Source of the DNA: Vibrio sp. Of7-15
GTDB lineage: Bacteria > Pseudomonadota > Gammaproteobacteria > Enterobacterales > Vibrionaceae
Direction of reading: 5' to 3'
DNA length: 64,000 nt
Assembly: GCF_022347565.1 (NCBI RefSeq)
Contig: NZ_JAKRGH010000025.1
Coordinates: 1 to 64,000 of the forward strand
Below are positions 50,172 through 61,373 of this stretch, piece after piece; position 1 is the stretch's first letter; each line of letters opens with the position of its first letter. A program made the translations under genes and the position numbers. The notes under the pieces were generated by a model that saw only the letters and a list, made by a program, of their open reading frames with translations, did no database searches and was not told the DNA's origin.

Positions 50172-50648
50172 TTAAGCTTTCTTCTGCGTCGCTTCAACGA
50201 TGACACAACCCGCAGTCCCGATGAAATACGCTACTAAATCCATCCAATCAAATGTGGCCCCGAAGATCACTCGTAACGCAGGATGAGCTCCCCAGCCAAG
50301 CCAATTCAATACTTGGAAGTACTGACTAATTTCCACCATAAACGCGATCCCATACACTAATCCAGCCAACATCAAAGGCTGGCAGCGCCAGAAGCTACCG
50401 AGCAGACTATAAAGCCACACGACAACCAGCACATCTCCTACAAAAGGCCGAATAAAATCATCCCGCACAAACAAAGCAATAAAAACCAATATTCCCAGTA
50501 ATATAAGGCTGATCCCACTACGCTTATAACAAATACGAAAAACACCTTGTGACTTTGTCATCTCAGCACTTTGATTATGAGTACATCCGCTACGACTGCT
50601 CATCATCGCTCTCCTTATTTGCTTTTTGAGCCACTGCACGGCGCTCAT
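50172..50648 (-). CDS. Hypothetical small inner-membrane protein downstream of creD
   Basis: Four hydrophobic helices. It overlaps the creD 3' end by 59 nt, so the true start is probably an internal Met. Confidence 0.45.
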   Translation of the reverse strand: MSAVQWLKKQIRRAMMSSRSGCTHNQSAEMTKSQGVFRICYKRSGISLILLGILVFIALFVRDDFIRPFVGDVLVVVWLYSLLGSFWRCQPLMLAGLVYGIAFMVEISQYFQVLNWLGWGAHPALRVIFGATFDWMDLVAYFIGTAGCVIVEATQKKA

Positions 50649-51939
50649 ACCAATTCACATTTCGGGTTAATACCATCACTAGGCTAAGTACAGCAAAACA
50701 AAGCAACGTCCCCATCAATAACGCGTAACTTTCTGCCTGTAGCAAACCAAACAACAGGCCGTATAGCATCAGTAAACTCGCGCCAAAAAGAGAACCATGT
50801 TTATTATTGCTAAGCATCCCCGCCACATACACACTTAATAACCCAGTGGAGGACAAGGCAGACACAAGATAAGCCCAGTTAAACCCAATGTGCTCACTTA
50901 ATGAAATCAGCAGCAAATAAAACAGCGCTAGAGCCAAACCTACAAAGCCATATTGAACCGGATGAATTGGTCGTGCTTGAAACAACTCCAATAAAAAGAA
51001 GCTGGCAAAAATCAACGTCACCACCAGTAATGAATAATTCACCGCTCGATGTGATTTCAAGTAATGATCCACCGGATCAATCAGGCTAACGCCCATCTGA
51101 CGCCCATCCAGTTCATGGCACTGCGAGGTATCCGACATGCAAAGAGAAAAAAGCTGGCTGATATTACTAGAAAAATTATTTGTCGCCCAACTTGCTTTAA
51201 AACCAGATTCAGAAATATCAGACGCGATTGGAAGGTAATCACCAATAAAACTTGGATGTGGCCAAGCAGAAGACAATTCAACCCGAGTGGATTTCCCCAT
51301 TGGTGTCACCTGTAACTGCCCCATCCCTTGTAACATAAAATTAAAGTCAAACTGCAACGGCTTGGTAAGATCCAGCAAATGAAAAGGCAGTGTTTTGTGG
51401 AACCCTTGTGCTAGCTGCTTCAACCCCGTACCAGGTTCTACCGAGATCGACTGCTTGTTTAACTTCAACTCACCAATGTCAATTAACCCACGGCTATCAC
51501 TCACCGACACCACTAAATTCACATCCACAATTGAATCAGGATCAAAATCTTCCAGATCTGACAAATCAAAATGACCTGTTAACTGAGTATTTGCCTGATA
51601 TAAACGCGCGGTATAAATACTACGGTACTTCTCAAAGCTATTCAGTTCCGAAGTCAGGTTAAATCGTTCAGGTAAAATGAAGGCCTGGCGCGTTACCTTA
51701 TAGTCACGTTCATCTCCAGAGATTGTCTCTTTATATAAGACACTGATAAAAGGCCCCATAATGCGCTGTTCACCGCTACTGCTGCGAGCAATATCATTAC
51801 GTACCTCTTCCATACGATACGATCGCTCGGAAATCAGGCTTTCAATCATATTTACGGGGATCTGCAACAGCAGAAAAAGAAATAATACGAAGCCGAACTT
51901 AGTGCCCAGCTCATTGCTTAACCATTTTTTCATGACCAC
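50590..51939 (-). CDS. creD: Cell-envelope integrity inner-membrane protein CreD
   Basis: 449 aa. It has an N-terminal TM, a large periplasmic domain and a C-terminal TM cluster, in operon position after creC. Confidence 0.75.
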   Translation of the reverse strand: MVMKKWLSNELGTKFGFVLFLFLLLQIPVNMIESLISERSYRMEEVRNDIARSSSGEQRIMGPFISVLYKETISGDERDYKVTRQAFILPERFNLTSELNSFEKYRSIYTARLYQANTQLTGHFDLSDLEDFDPDSIVDVNLVVSVSDSRGLIDIGELKLNKQSISVEPGTGLKQLAQGFHKTLPFHLLDLTKPLQFDFNFMLQGMGQLQVTPMGKSTRVELSSAWPHPSFIGDYLPIASDISESGFKASWATNNFSSNISQLFSLCMSDTSQCHELDGRQMGVSLIDPVDHYLKSHRAVNYSLLVVTLIFASFFLLELFQARPIHPVQYGFVGLALALFYLLLISLSEHIGFNWAYLVSALSSTGLLSVYVAGMLSNNKHGSLFGASLLMLYGLLFGLLQAESYALLMGTLLCFAVLSLVMVLTRNVNWYERRAVAQKANKESDDEQS

Positions 51940-52004
51940 TCTCCTCAGTTTTCTTTTACTTTAAAAAAACAATTTGGAGAGTGGATGGAGGGAATGTGGA
52001 GTTT

Positions 52005-53447
52005 TTATGGAGTTGGCAAACAAAGCGTCACTTTGACACCCTCATCGACATTTTCCACACACAACTTTCCTTGGTGTAACTTCATCACCTGCTCAATAAA
52101 GTTAAGTCCAAGCCCAGTACTTTTTACGCCATTCTCTCTTGGCAAAGAATAAAACCGCTCGGTTAACCGGCTCAAGGCATAATCGGGAATATGTGGGCCC
52201 TGATTAAAAACCGATATTTCTACCTTATCTAACTTTTTCTGGATCCGCCAATGAATGACACCACCCTCGAAGACAAAATCGACAGCGTTATCCATTAAGT
52301 TAAACAGTGCCTGTTGCAAAAGAAAACGATCACCGTGAACCATAATATTCGCATCGGTAATGAGATCACTATTTACTGCCTTTTGACTTAATCGTGCCGC
52401 CGAAGATTCTAAGATCTCCTCCAGCATCATTTTCGGAGAAAGTGATTCAACCTGATCTAGCTGGGGCATTTTTTCTAATCGTGCTAACTCAAGTAGTTTA
52501 TCTATCAAGAGCTGCATTCGTTCACTTTCACGTTCGATATTACTGGCAAAACGTTGGGTTTTCTCTTCAGGCAGCGGCATTTGCAGAATTTCACTGGCCC
52601 CTTTAATAGCAGAAATTGGACTTTTTAACTCATGGGTCAGTGTTTGCACGTACTCTTCGACATATTGCTTGCCATCGAGCTGATTCCGCATTTTTTCCAA
52701 AGCGTTGCTTAACGTGGTGTACTCATAAAAAATACGAAAAGTGGGCTTAGCAACTTTTTCTCCTCGCCCCATCTTATCAGCGTAATTTTCCAATTTATGC
52801 AGAGCCGAATGAATACGCCACGCAATTAACGCCCCGACCATCAAAGCTAAAACGGTCATCAGTATCATCCAGAACAACACTTTACGCTTTGAAAGGTCAA
52901 TAAATGGCTGAACCGAACGGTTGGCTTTTGCAACAGTTACACTGCCTATGATTTCCCCTTCGTGATAAATCGGCGCGGCTACGTGCATCACAGTGGAAAG
53001 CGGATCTTGTGGATCTGACGCCGTACTGCGAGCGCCGTAACGCCCGCGTAATGTCAGGTATACGTCGTTCCATTGGGAATAGTCTTTACCGACATCTTGT
53101 TGCCAAGAATCTGCAACAACGATCCCCTGCTTGTCCGTAATATAAATACGGTGATTAATGACTTTTTTGCCTAGCTCCCAAATTCGCGCATTTGGTTCTC
53201 GAATACCATATGCCGTAAGCAGATCAGAAAACCGGCTGTCGCTCATATTCCCTTTTGCCATTTCTTCTTCAGCTAGGACTGCCAGTAAGTTCGCCATGTC
53301 AACTAAAGTTTCTTCGGTTGCTTGGCGAACTGTTGGTTTCATCTCTTGAATGACGGTTTTGCTCACAAAGTAAGCGGTCATTCCCACTAAAATGAAATAC
53401 AGGAAAAACAATCGGATCCCAAGTGGGATTCTGGGCCAACGATTCAT
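52005..53447 (-). CDS. creC: Sensor histidine kinase CreC
   Basis: 480 aa with two TMs, H-box LTHELKSPISAI and HATPase motifs (NLMDNAVDF, GLGLNFIEQV). Its start overlaps creB by 4 nt. Confidence 0.8.
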   Translation of the reverse strand: MNRWPRIPLGIRLFFLYFILVGMTAYFVSKTVIQEMKPTVRQATEETLVDMANLLAVLAEEEMAKGNMSDSRFSDLLTAYGIREPNARIWELGKKVINHRIYITDKQGIVVADSWQQDVGKDYSQWNDVYLTLRGRYGARSTASDPQDPLSTVMHVAAPIYHEGEIIGSVTVAKANRSVQPFIDLSKRKVLFWMILMTVLALMVGALIAWRIHSALHKLENYADKMGRGEKVAKPTFRIFYEYTTLSNALEKMRNQLDGKQYVEEYVQTLTHELKSPISAIKGASEILQMPLPEEKTQRFASNIERESERMQLLIDKLLELARLEKMPQLDQVESLSPKMMLEEILESSAARLSQKAVNSDLITDANIMVHGDRFLLQQALFNLMDNAVDFVFEGGVIHWRIQKKLDKVEISVFNQGPHIPDYALSRLTERFYSLPRENGVKSTGLGLNFIEQVMKLHQGKLCVENVDEGVKVTLCLPTP

Positions 53448-54169
53448 TCTTGATCCTGACGACTATAATAATAACCAAAACCACGCTTGGTTCGGATCCG
53501 ATCTGCCATACCAATACCCTTGAGCTTATTGCGAATGGCCTTAATGTGAGAGTCGATATTTCTTTCATACACCGCTTCTGGAGCCATGTCTGCTGCTATC
53601 ATTAATTGCTCACGGCTGAGAACATTCGCCGACACCTGGATCAATTTATGTAATATTTTGAACTCCACCGCTGTTAACCCCAGCATTTGGCCTGCAAAGC
53701 CATAATCGAAGTTTTCTACGTACAAACTCTCAGCGCTATTTTCGACTGTGGTTGCCATTGGAGTGACGGCTGGAGAACCAACGAGCTCATGCTCAGAAAT
53801 GGCTCGGGATTTAATACGCAGCTTTATACGAGCCAACATCTCTCTTGGGCTAAAAGGCTTTGTAACATAGTCATCGGCTCCTATTTCTAACCCCACAACT
53901 CGATCTATTTCGTCATTTCTAGCAGTGAGAAAAATGATGGGAATGGCGGAAAACTCACGAATGGTTTTACACAATTCAAAGCCATTACCATCTGGCAAAC
54001 CCACATCCAACACCAATAACGCAGGGTTGTGCTCTTTAAGGTAAGCTAACCCTGCTCCAGCGGTAGTAAACCAGCTAACTTGGTAACCATCCACCTCTAA
54101 AACGTGGATCAGATTCTCTGCAATGGCGGGTTCATCTTCAATGATCAATATATTCAAAATGTTACTCAT
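53444..54169 (-). CDS. creB: Response regulator CreB (OmpR family)
   Basis: Receiver domain (ILIIEDEP…DVGLPDGNG…LTARNDE) and a winged-helix C-terminus. Length is 241 aa. Confidence 0.8.
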   Translation of the reverse strand: MSNILNILIIEDEPAIAENLIHVLEVDGYQVSWFTTAGAGLAYLKEHNPALLVLDVGLPDGNGFELCKTIREFSAIPIIFLTARNDEIDRVVGLEIGADDYVTKPFSPREMLARIKLRIKSRAISEHELVGSPAVTPMATTVENSAESLYVENFDYGFAGQMLGLTAVEFKILHKLIQVSANVLSREQLMIAADMAPEAVYERNIDSHIKAIRNKLKGIGMADRIRTKRGFGYYYSRQDQE

Positions 54170-54358
54170 TTATTGCTTATTTTTAAGGATTATACGCAAA
54201 GCGTTAAAACATGCTTGCCGCATTAGTCGTTTTATGACTGTATTTCTTATCATACAGCAGCATATTACAAGTAAGTGATAAAGCCACACACTAAACAATC
54301 AAGACAGGGGATGCAGAAGGAAGAAATAAATGAGGGAAATTATAGTACCGAACAAGCA

Positions 54359-55147
54359 CTATTCTGCCGCGGTTGTGTGCCGGGTAATCTCCGCCTCGAT
54401 ATCCACCGTATCATAATATTCACGAATTGCCGAAATCAATAAACCTGAATATCTGGAATATTGTTCAGAATTTTTTCCCATTACATAATACGCTGGTGTT
54501 TCTCTATGTATTTCCAGTACTTTATTGAACTTAACGTGAGCAAGTTCTGGAAATAGCACAATGCTCTCCGTTACCGCTTCATCCAGCTCAACTTCCAGAA
54601 AGAAATAATCAATCCGGTTAACGCTCGTCATTTTTAGGATTTGCGCTTGTAAACTTAACTCAATCACCCGTCTACTGGAAATACTATTAATATAACCATC
54701 AATTTCAACCCCAAGAGAATTCCCTTTGATGACACCAAGCTTATAATTTCTCAAATCATCGAGGGTACTGACCTTACCCACCTTATTATTACCTTCTAAC
54801 GTATAAACACCTACAGTCGACTTATTTATCAAAGCGGTTTCTTCTAGATAATGGAGTACGGCTTCACGAGATGGACTTTTGTAAGCCCCTAAAATTAAAC
54901 TCACTCTCCCTCTTTCTACTTCTGCCTGACAGCGCTTCCAGTTTTCGATTACACGGACTTCTACCTGAATATCTGGGTTGCGTTTCTTAAAAATTTCTAG
55001 CTGATCGATCAAAATACCAGCATAGCTACCTTTACTCGGATAGATCCAAGGAGGCCAATTGTAAAAGGCGCACCATGTTATTGTATCTGCAAAGCTTTGC
55101 GCACTAAAAAGTATTAAAGAGAATAAAATAGCGACTAATTTATTCAT
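54359..55147 (-). CDS. Periplasmic substrate-binding protein (SBP family 3-like)
   Basis: Signal peptide MNKLVAILFSLILFSAQSFA on an SBP_bac_3-like layout. Length is 262 aa. Confidence 0.6.
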   Translation of the reverse strand: MNKLVAILFSLILFSAQSFADTITWCAFYNWPPWIYPSKGSYAGILIDQLEIFKKRNPDIQVEVRVIENWKRCQAEVERGRVSLILGAYKSPSREAVLHYLEETALINKSTVGVYTLEGNNKVGKVSTLDDLRNYKLGVIKGNSLGVEIDGYINSISSRRVIELSLQAQILKMTSVNRIDYFFLEVELDEAVTESIVLFPELAHVKFNKVLEIHRETPAYYVMGKNSEQYSRYSGLLISAIREYYDTVDIEAEITRHTTAAE

Positions 55148-55505
55148 AATTTCACCAACGAAAAAGCTCTCTCTTTAACCCTATATTCAAAAGATAGAAA
55201 AGGGAAAAACAAAATACAACGTAGATAATCAGTCAGCCTCTGCCTCTATTTTCCCCTGAATAAATTCACGAATGTCAAACATGACAGAAAGGCCTGATAT
55301 TTGATCTCTTCTTCGCCAGACTTTTCTAATCACTCAACCAATGCAATCAAATCACGAATTTTAATATTGTCTCCACAGCCCGAATACTAATTGATATGCA
55401 TATTTATAAGTTATATTAAGTTGGTTAAACTGAAACCATCATAAAATGAGTTTCACAACCTTACATTGATACATGGCGAACTATTAATAAGGAACCGCAA
55501 TACAA

Positions 55506-55991
55506 ATGACGCAACAAAAAAAGCAAGAACTTAACCTGTCTGATGAGTCTCAACTTGCATCACGATGGTCTCGACTCAGCGCAGCCTTGATCGACATGAT
55601 CATTTCACTGATTTTCCTGCTACCTTTAATCTACTTCACTGGTGGCTTTGATGGCTTTTTTCAAAATCCCCCGGTAGCAATGCCTCTTTCCTACCAAATA
55701 TTGCTCTCAATTCTAAGCATAGGGCTTTATTGTGCGATTAACTGGAGTCTTCTGGCCAAGAAAGGGCAAACAGTCGGTAAAAACGTCATGGATATGCGAA
55801 TTGTGAACCTAGACGGAACCCAGCCAAGTCGTACTGATATTTTAGTCAAACGCTATGCCCCTTACGTATTGATCCCCTATATCCCGTTTATTGGAACAAT
55901 AGTGAGTTTCATCGGTATAGCTATGATTTTTGGTAAGCAGAAACGTTGTTTACATGAAAGAATCGCGGGTACAAAAGTCATCAAATGCTAA
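55506..55991 (+). CDS. RDD family membrane protein
   Basis: RWSRLSAALIDMIISLIF carries the R..D..D motifs and three TMs. Confidence 0.7.
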   Translation: MTQQKKQELNLSDESQLASRWSRLSAALIDMIISLIFLLPLIYFTGGFDGFFQNPPVAMPLSYQILLSILSIGLYCAINWSLLAKKGQTVGKNVMDMRIVNLDGTQPSRTDILVKRYAPYVLIPYIPFIGTIVSFIGIAMIFGKQKRCLHERIAGTKVIKC

Positions 55992-56393
55992 ACCATGTTG
56001 ATAATATGCGCATTTACTGAACACCAAGAATTAAAACAGTCTCCAAAAACCTGTTGCCCTGTAATGACAAAATAACCAACGATATCCCCTCTAGCGTTGT
56101 AACCTTTTAAATAAACAACAATGGAGGGGCTCACCTGCTTCATACACTCTTTTGTCACTTCACCGAACTGCTTTTACCTCATTGAAAATCCGACATACCC
56201 CATTACCAAAACTCCCTCATTAACCGCGACGAAAAATGACTCCAACAGTTATGCACGGTATGAACTGGCCCATTAACTTGCTGTTTTAGGCTGTTATGGC
56301 GAACTTGAATAAGCCCATCCATGATATCGACAAAATTGATAACTTAAGTAAGATAATAAACCCACGGTATTCATAAAAATAAGTTGATTAAAC

Positions 56394-56891
56394 ATGGAAG
56401 TCTCGTTAGTCGAAATTGATCTGTCCTCCCGTCCAGTACTGGAAAACCTATTTCAATATTACGTTTATGACATGTCTGGCTTTCTCGCTTTATCAACAAA
56501 TGAAATGGGTCAATATAACGTGAATCACTCTCAGCTAGACATATACTGGCAAAGAGACGATCACACCCCATTTTTTATTTATGTGGACTCAGAAATCGCA
56601 GGGTTTGCTTTAATTCGGCGCTACCCTACTCAATTATCTACTTATGATATCGAGCAATTTTTTGTCTTGAAGGCATTTAAAGGAAAAGGCGTTGGCAAAA
56701 AAGCGCTAAAACTTTTGACGACACAGTTTAGCGGAGAATGGCAAGTACGGGTGTTGGTTGAAAACAGCGACGGTCTACAGTTTTGGTTATCCGCGATTAC
56801 CAACATAGTCGAGCAAGAATACGTCTTATCTCAAGAACTCGATATTGATCTGATGATGCATTTCATTCGATTTACCACCAGCGAAAAATAG
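56394..56891 (+). CDS. GNAT family N-acetyltransferase
   Basis: FKGKGVGKKALKLL motif. Length is 165 aa. Confidence 0.75.
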   Translation: MEVSLVEIDLSSRPVLENLFQYYVYDMSGFLALSTNEMGQYNVNHSQLDIYWQRDDHTPFFIYVDSEIAGFALIRRYPTQLSTYDIEQFFVLKAFKGKGVGKKALKLLTTQFSGEWQVRVLVENSDGLQFWLSAITNIVEQEYVLSQELDIDLMMHFIRFTTSEK

Positions 56892-56903
56892 GAAGGCTTC
56901 TCA

Positions 56904-57344
56904 ATGAACCTTAAACCAGTACGAGATAGTGAATTTGAAGCGTTATTTTCAACGGTAAAACAGGGGCTTTACCCTTATGTGGATGCCGTCTTTGGCTGGG
57001 ATGATAATTTTCAACGTGCTAGGCTAAAAAAAGACTACAAACCCTCTTGGTTTTATTGGATTATCATCAACAATACACGTGTTGGCTTGCTCTGTTTCAA
57101 ACCCTATAAAAACGCATACCATGTTCACTTATTACTGGTTTTTCCTGACTACCAGAATCAGAACATTGGCTCAAAAGTGATGAGGCATGTTCATCAGCTC
57201 ACTTTAACTGAACAACGCAGTCGCGTAACGTTATCCAGCTTTAAAGTGAACCATAAGGCGATTTCTTTCTATCAGAAATTAGGCTATCAAGTTTATGATG
57301 ACAGTGACGCTGATTTCGTTTCTTTATCTCGTGAGCTAATTTAA
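56904..57344 (+). CDS. GNAT family N-acetyltransferase
   Basis: YQNQNIGSKVMRHV motif. Length is 146 aa, 12 bp after the previous GNAT. Confidence 0.75.
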   Translation: MNLKPVRDSEFEALFSTVKQGLYPYVDAVFGWDDNFQRARLKKDYKPSWFYWIIINNTRVGLLCFKPYKNAYHVHLLLVFPDYQNQNIGSKVMRHVHQLTLTEQRSRVTLSSFKVNHKAISFYQKLGYQVYDDSDADFVSLSRELI

Positions 57345-57368
57345 ATACTACCTACCCACAACAACTTT

Positions 57369-57998
57369 TTAGCTTTGCGTCGACACAAGTAACCTGATCC
57401 CAAACACACCAAATAGGCTGGCAGTAAATCGATTCAACCACTTACGCACTGCTTTATTGACTGACAGCTTTCGGCTCATTGAAGAGGAGGCCCACGCAAT
57501 AAAGTGACACCATATCATGCCATTAACATTAAAAATCAAGCCAAGCACGAAGAAAGCTAATGCCTTATTCTCGCTCGACTCGGAAATAAACTGTGGCATA
57601 AAAGATAGGAAGAATATCGCAACTTTAGGGTTAAATAAGTTTGTGATTACCCCTTGGGTGTAGATTTTTTTCAGTGGCGTAGACCCAAACGTTTTTGTTG
57701 TACCGTCACCTTGTTGGTCTTTAAACATGCTTATTGCCATATAAATCAGATAAACGCCCCCAATGACCTTCACGACCGTAAATGCAGTGGCAGACGTCGC
57801 TAAAATAGCAGACAGCCCTAACGCCGCCGCAATAATGTGAATCAAGGTACCTGTTCCTATACCGAGTGCTGCCGCAGAGCCAGCTCTAAACCCTTGACTT
57901 GCCGCTCTACCTGCAATGAGTACTGAATCCGGGCCTGGGATCAAGTTAAGCAAAATACCTGAAGCAACAAATAACCATAAGTTTTCTATACCGAGCAA
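57369..57998 (-). CDS. LysE/RhtB family amino-acid exporter
   Basis: N-terminal LFVASGILLNLIPGPDSVLI is the LysE family hallmark. It has six TMs over 209 aa. Confidence 0.85.
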   Translation of the reverse strand: MLGIENLWLFVASGILLNLIPGPDSVLIAGRAASQGFRAGSAAALGIGTGTLIHIIAAALGLSAILATSATAFTVVKVIGGVYLIYMAISMFKDQQGDGTTKTFGSTPLKKIYTQGVITNLFNPKVAIFFLSFMPQFISESSENKALAFFVLGLIFNVNGMIWCHFIAWASSSMSRKLSVNKAVRKWLNRFTASLFGVFGIRLLVSTQS

Positions 57999-58277
57999 TG
58001 TAAATACTCCTTTTTACACTTTAAAAATAAACGCTTACTCTATAGCGGCTAACTATCATAATTACTGTAAATCCCTCTAAACACTGAAGCAATTATTCTT
58101 TACGATTAAAAAACAATAATTACGTTATTGCGATCACCGCAGTATTTATATTCAACCAGCTCGATGAGGAAATGCCGTGATTTAATGAAATGCTTTTTCA
58201 AATAAGAAAGGTATCAAGAAAGAAAAGTGAGGAATAACCTGTATCACCATAGGATACGCTGACACAGGTTTTATAGA

Positions 58278-58721
58278 TTATAATGCTTCAGATTGGGCTA
58301 GCTTGCTCTCAAGTACCCCATTTTTGCCTTCTTCTTCATCCACCAATTGCAGTTTGCTGCGGGCTGAAATAATGCCCATTTTTACTTCCTGCCAAAGATA
58401 ATAAAGGCTGCCTTTTTTCACATCCAGTTCAACTTCGGATGTATTTTCAGCGATAGAGCTAATGGTATGCTTGCCTTCTGGCAACTCAGTATAAAGGTAA
58501 GTGTGTGATCCTGTGCTACCAAGCTGTTTATCGTTCACTTTAACATCCATAGATACCGCACCGCCAAACAGCTCATTACGATAAATATAAACACCCGCTT
58601 TATCATCGGGAGCAATAAACTCTTTACGCTGTTCATCTTGTGCTGAGTCTGCCATCTTGATGCTTGAACAGCCTGTCATGAACACCGCTAAACTTGCCGC
58701 AATGAAAAGTTTCTTAAACAT
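58278..58721 (-). CDS. Lipoprotein (DUF2846-like)
   Basis: Lipobox FMTGC on a 147-aa protein. Confidence 0.55.
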   Translation of the reverse strand: MFKKLFIAASLAVFMTGCSSIKMADSAQDEQRKEFIAPDDKAGVYIYRNELFGGAVSMDVKVNDKQLGSTGSHTYLYTELPEGKHTISSIAENTSEVELDVKKGSLYYLWQEVKMGIISARSKLQLVDEEEGKNGVLESKLAQSEAL

Positions 58722-58912
58722 GAATTTTCCCTAATAATTGCAATGAGTTAAATAAAAATCACTGGAAAAGGAAAATACCATTCATTAAATAAATATCAAT
58801 GCCATTTATATATTAATCATTAAGGTGTTTAATTATTGAGGCAAATAGCACATAAAACAATCAATAAGCAACCAGCAGCAACGCGATGTTATTTCACGTT
58901 GCTGCTTGTTAT

Positions 58913-60093
58913 TTATCCATTTGTACTAGGCGAGCTCATAACATTGTCCAGCGCTGCCATACTTTGCTCAAAGTAGGGATTATAAGTGAGCCGAGCGTGA
59001 ATTTTACCCGCTTCTTGATAGCCCCATGATGAATACCACACATCTTCGCCTTTCATGCATAAAGCTTCGGCCTCTTCTCCTTGGCCATTACTACAGATTC
59101 TCTCAGTACCATTTACACCGTATTCTGGGTTATCTGGTGAAAAGAGTAACCCCATGTGCGAGCCATTCGAAATGCGTTGTTCATTTAATTTCATGCTGAC
59201 CGAAATCGAACGAGGTTCATTCAAATCGGCTTCCCCTTGCCAGACCAACTTATTTTTCGGGTTTGTCATGACATGAGTGAACGTATGACGCACATATTGC
59301 GTATCAATCACACTGTCACCTTCACTCATCATCACAAAAACAGGTTTATCATACGTTTGCCCAGTAATATCGTTACGTACCATTTCAGACGTCTGGTAAT
59401 ACACCGCAGCCCCATTCATTGGCAACGAGTTATAACGTAAGTAGCTATCTTCCGGGTCTTGGTCAGCCCATGTCATGAAATAGCTGGCGATCTCAGCATA
59501 CTTTACGGCTTCCGAGTTAGGCTTAAATGCAGGGGAGAACAATAAAAGCCCTTCAATGTCAGGATCTTTCATTGCTTGAGAAGTCACTAAATTAGCCCCT
59601 GTTGAATAGCCTCCTAACCATACTGTCCCAAACTCTTTCTTCAATAGTTGAGTATGGTGATCCACCACACCTTGCCAGTCTTGTAATGTCGGTAACTTCA
59701 AATCGCCCACTTTACTACCATGACCAGGTAATAAAACCGTACGAACCACATAACCTTGCTCCGACAAGTGCGTGGCTACGTCTTTAAATGAATAAGGAGA
59801 ATCCCCTAACCCATGCACCAATAACACTGCCTCACCGTTGGGTTGCGAAGGTAAATATTCCGTTGGCATGTTAGCGGCCAATTCTCTGTTTTTATCTTTG
59901 CCGATGAACACACGGTTTTCAGACAACCACTCTCGTGTTTCTTTTGTGTATTGTTCAAAGGTTGGCTGAGTATATTCTGGCAGAGTTTGAGAAGCTTGAT
60001 AGCTCGGTTCAGAAGGTTGCGTGGAGCAACCCAATATCCCTGTTGTTACAGCGGCTGCAACATAAAAAGTGATGGCCGTAATTTTTCTCATTC
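58913..60093 (-). CDS. Alpha/beta-hydrolase fold lipoprotein
   Basis: LLVHGLGDSPYSF (oxyanion region) and nucleophile elbow GGYSTGANL. The likely start is the internal Met with lipobox (MRKITAITFYVAAAVTTGILGC). Confidence 0.75.
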
Positions 60094-60453
60094 TGTATTC
60101 CTTGGCTTCAGAATGTTGAACACTGTGTTCTAATTTACTCATTTTATGATAAAAACTCATCTTCAGCACCACCCTTTATCGCTCACTCTTTTTACTAGGG
60201 TACCTTAAGCTAGATGAATCAAGTATGAACGAAGTATTATGATGCGAATTTAATCTTCCGGTGAAGAAAAAGCACATATTTTCATCATTTATATAGCATG
60301 GTTACCATTTATCAATGGGCGAAAAGAAAATACAGCTCATATTAGTTCTATAATAGTAACAAAGTTATTTCCACATAATAATTTATAAAAACAGACAAAC
60401 CTGATTATATGCAGTTATCGAAATATCTCGAAAAATAAATCAACGACGTTTTC

Positions 60454-60533
60454 ACCCTTACACCCTTACACCCTTACACCCTTACACCCTTACACCCTTA
60501 CACCCTTACACCCTTACACCCTTACACCCTTAA
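60454..60533. repeat. Perfect octanucleotide tandem repeat (CCCTTACA) x ~10
   Basis: CACCCTTACACCCTTACACCC… runs uninterrupted for about 80 bp, 120 bp upstream of ORF 60651. Confidence 0.95.
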
Positions 60534-60650
60534 ATGACAATAATATCAATATTATATTAGAACCGCTGTTTTCAAAGATTATGTTTTAAATTTAAATAAG
60601 ATCAGTTAAATTTAGCCCCACTCTAAATTAACCATAATTAAAAAACATTT

Positions 60651-61220
60651 ATGTTAAAGCGTTTTATTATCTTACTATTTATATTTTCTGCCAATCTTTC
60701 TTTTGCAGCTTCAACAGAGCATAAAGAATTTGAGCTCAGCCTTTTTCAAGAGGGCATCGAGATCCCACTCAACAGTGATACCATTAGCTTAAAAAAAGAA
60801 CCATTTGTACTTCAGTTTAAATTTAAGAAAGAATTATGGATGCTGGTAAATGCATACCATGATGAAGAATCTTTTCTTCAAGCTAAAAAAGGGCTTCCAT
60901 ATAAAGAAATCATTGGCTTCACCTATACTGGTATGGCCGAAAGTAAATATAATCCAAACGAGTATTTTACTCCAAGCAAAAAGGGACCACACTTTTGGGG
61001 CTATGACTCTCCTTCACGTCACCGATGTGATGCAAGAACTATAGGAATAAAAGGCGATGAAACCATATGCCGACGAACAATTAGCCAATTTACCAATGAA
61101 AACGGTGATTACACCCCGCTAAAAGACTACCCACACGATGAGCTTAACTTTGTATTTATACCCTTTAGTCAAAGAGAAGATGTAACAGCAAGACAATTAT
61201 TAAAAATCCAGTTTAAATAA
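60651..61220 (+). CDS. Hypothetical secreted protein
   Basis: Signal peptide MLKRFIILLFIFSANLSFA. Length is 189 aa. Confidence 0.5.
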   Translation: MLKRFIILLFIFSANLSFAASTEHKEFELSLFQEGIEIPLNSDTISLKKEPFVLQFKFKKELWMLVNAYHDEESFLQAKKGLPYKEIIGFTYTGMAESKYNPNEYFTPSKKGPHFWGYDSPSRHRCDARTIGIKGDETICRRTISQFTNENGDYTPLKDYPHDELNFVFIPFSQREDVTARQLLKIQFK

Positions 61221-61373
61221 TTAGATTACCCTATTAAACATACACAGTGTCCCCGTGATTATCTTGGTTTCACCTCTGCAACGAACCCATTCAATAATTA
61301 AGGGGCACTGCATAGTCTATAGTGTAAAGAAGATTTTAAACAGGACTGGCCTTTCTAAAAAATAGGGGCATAA

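Noticed and set aside
60454-60533. CRISPR array.
   Set aside because: The repeats are contiguous 8-mers with no spacers, so this is a microsatellite and not a CRISPR.
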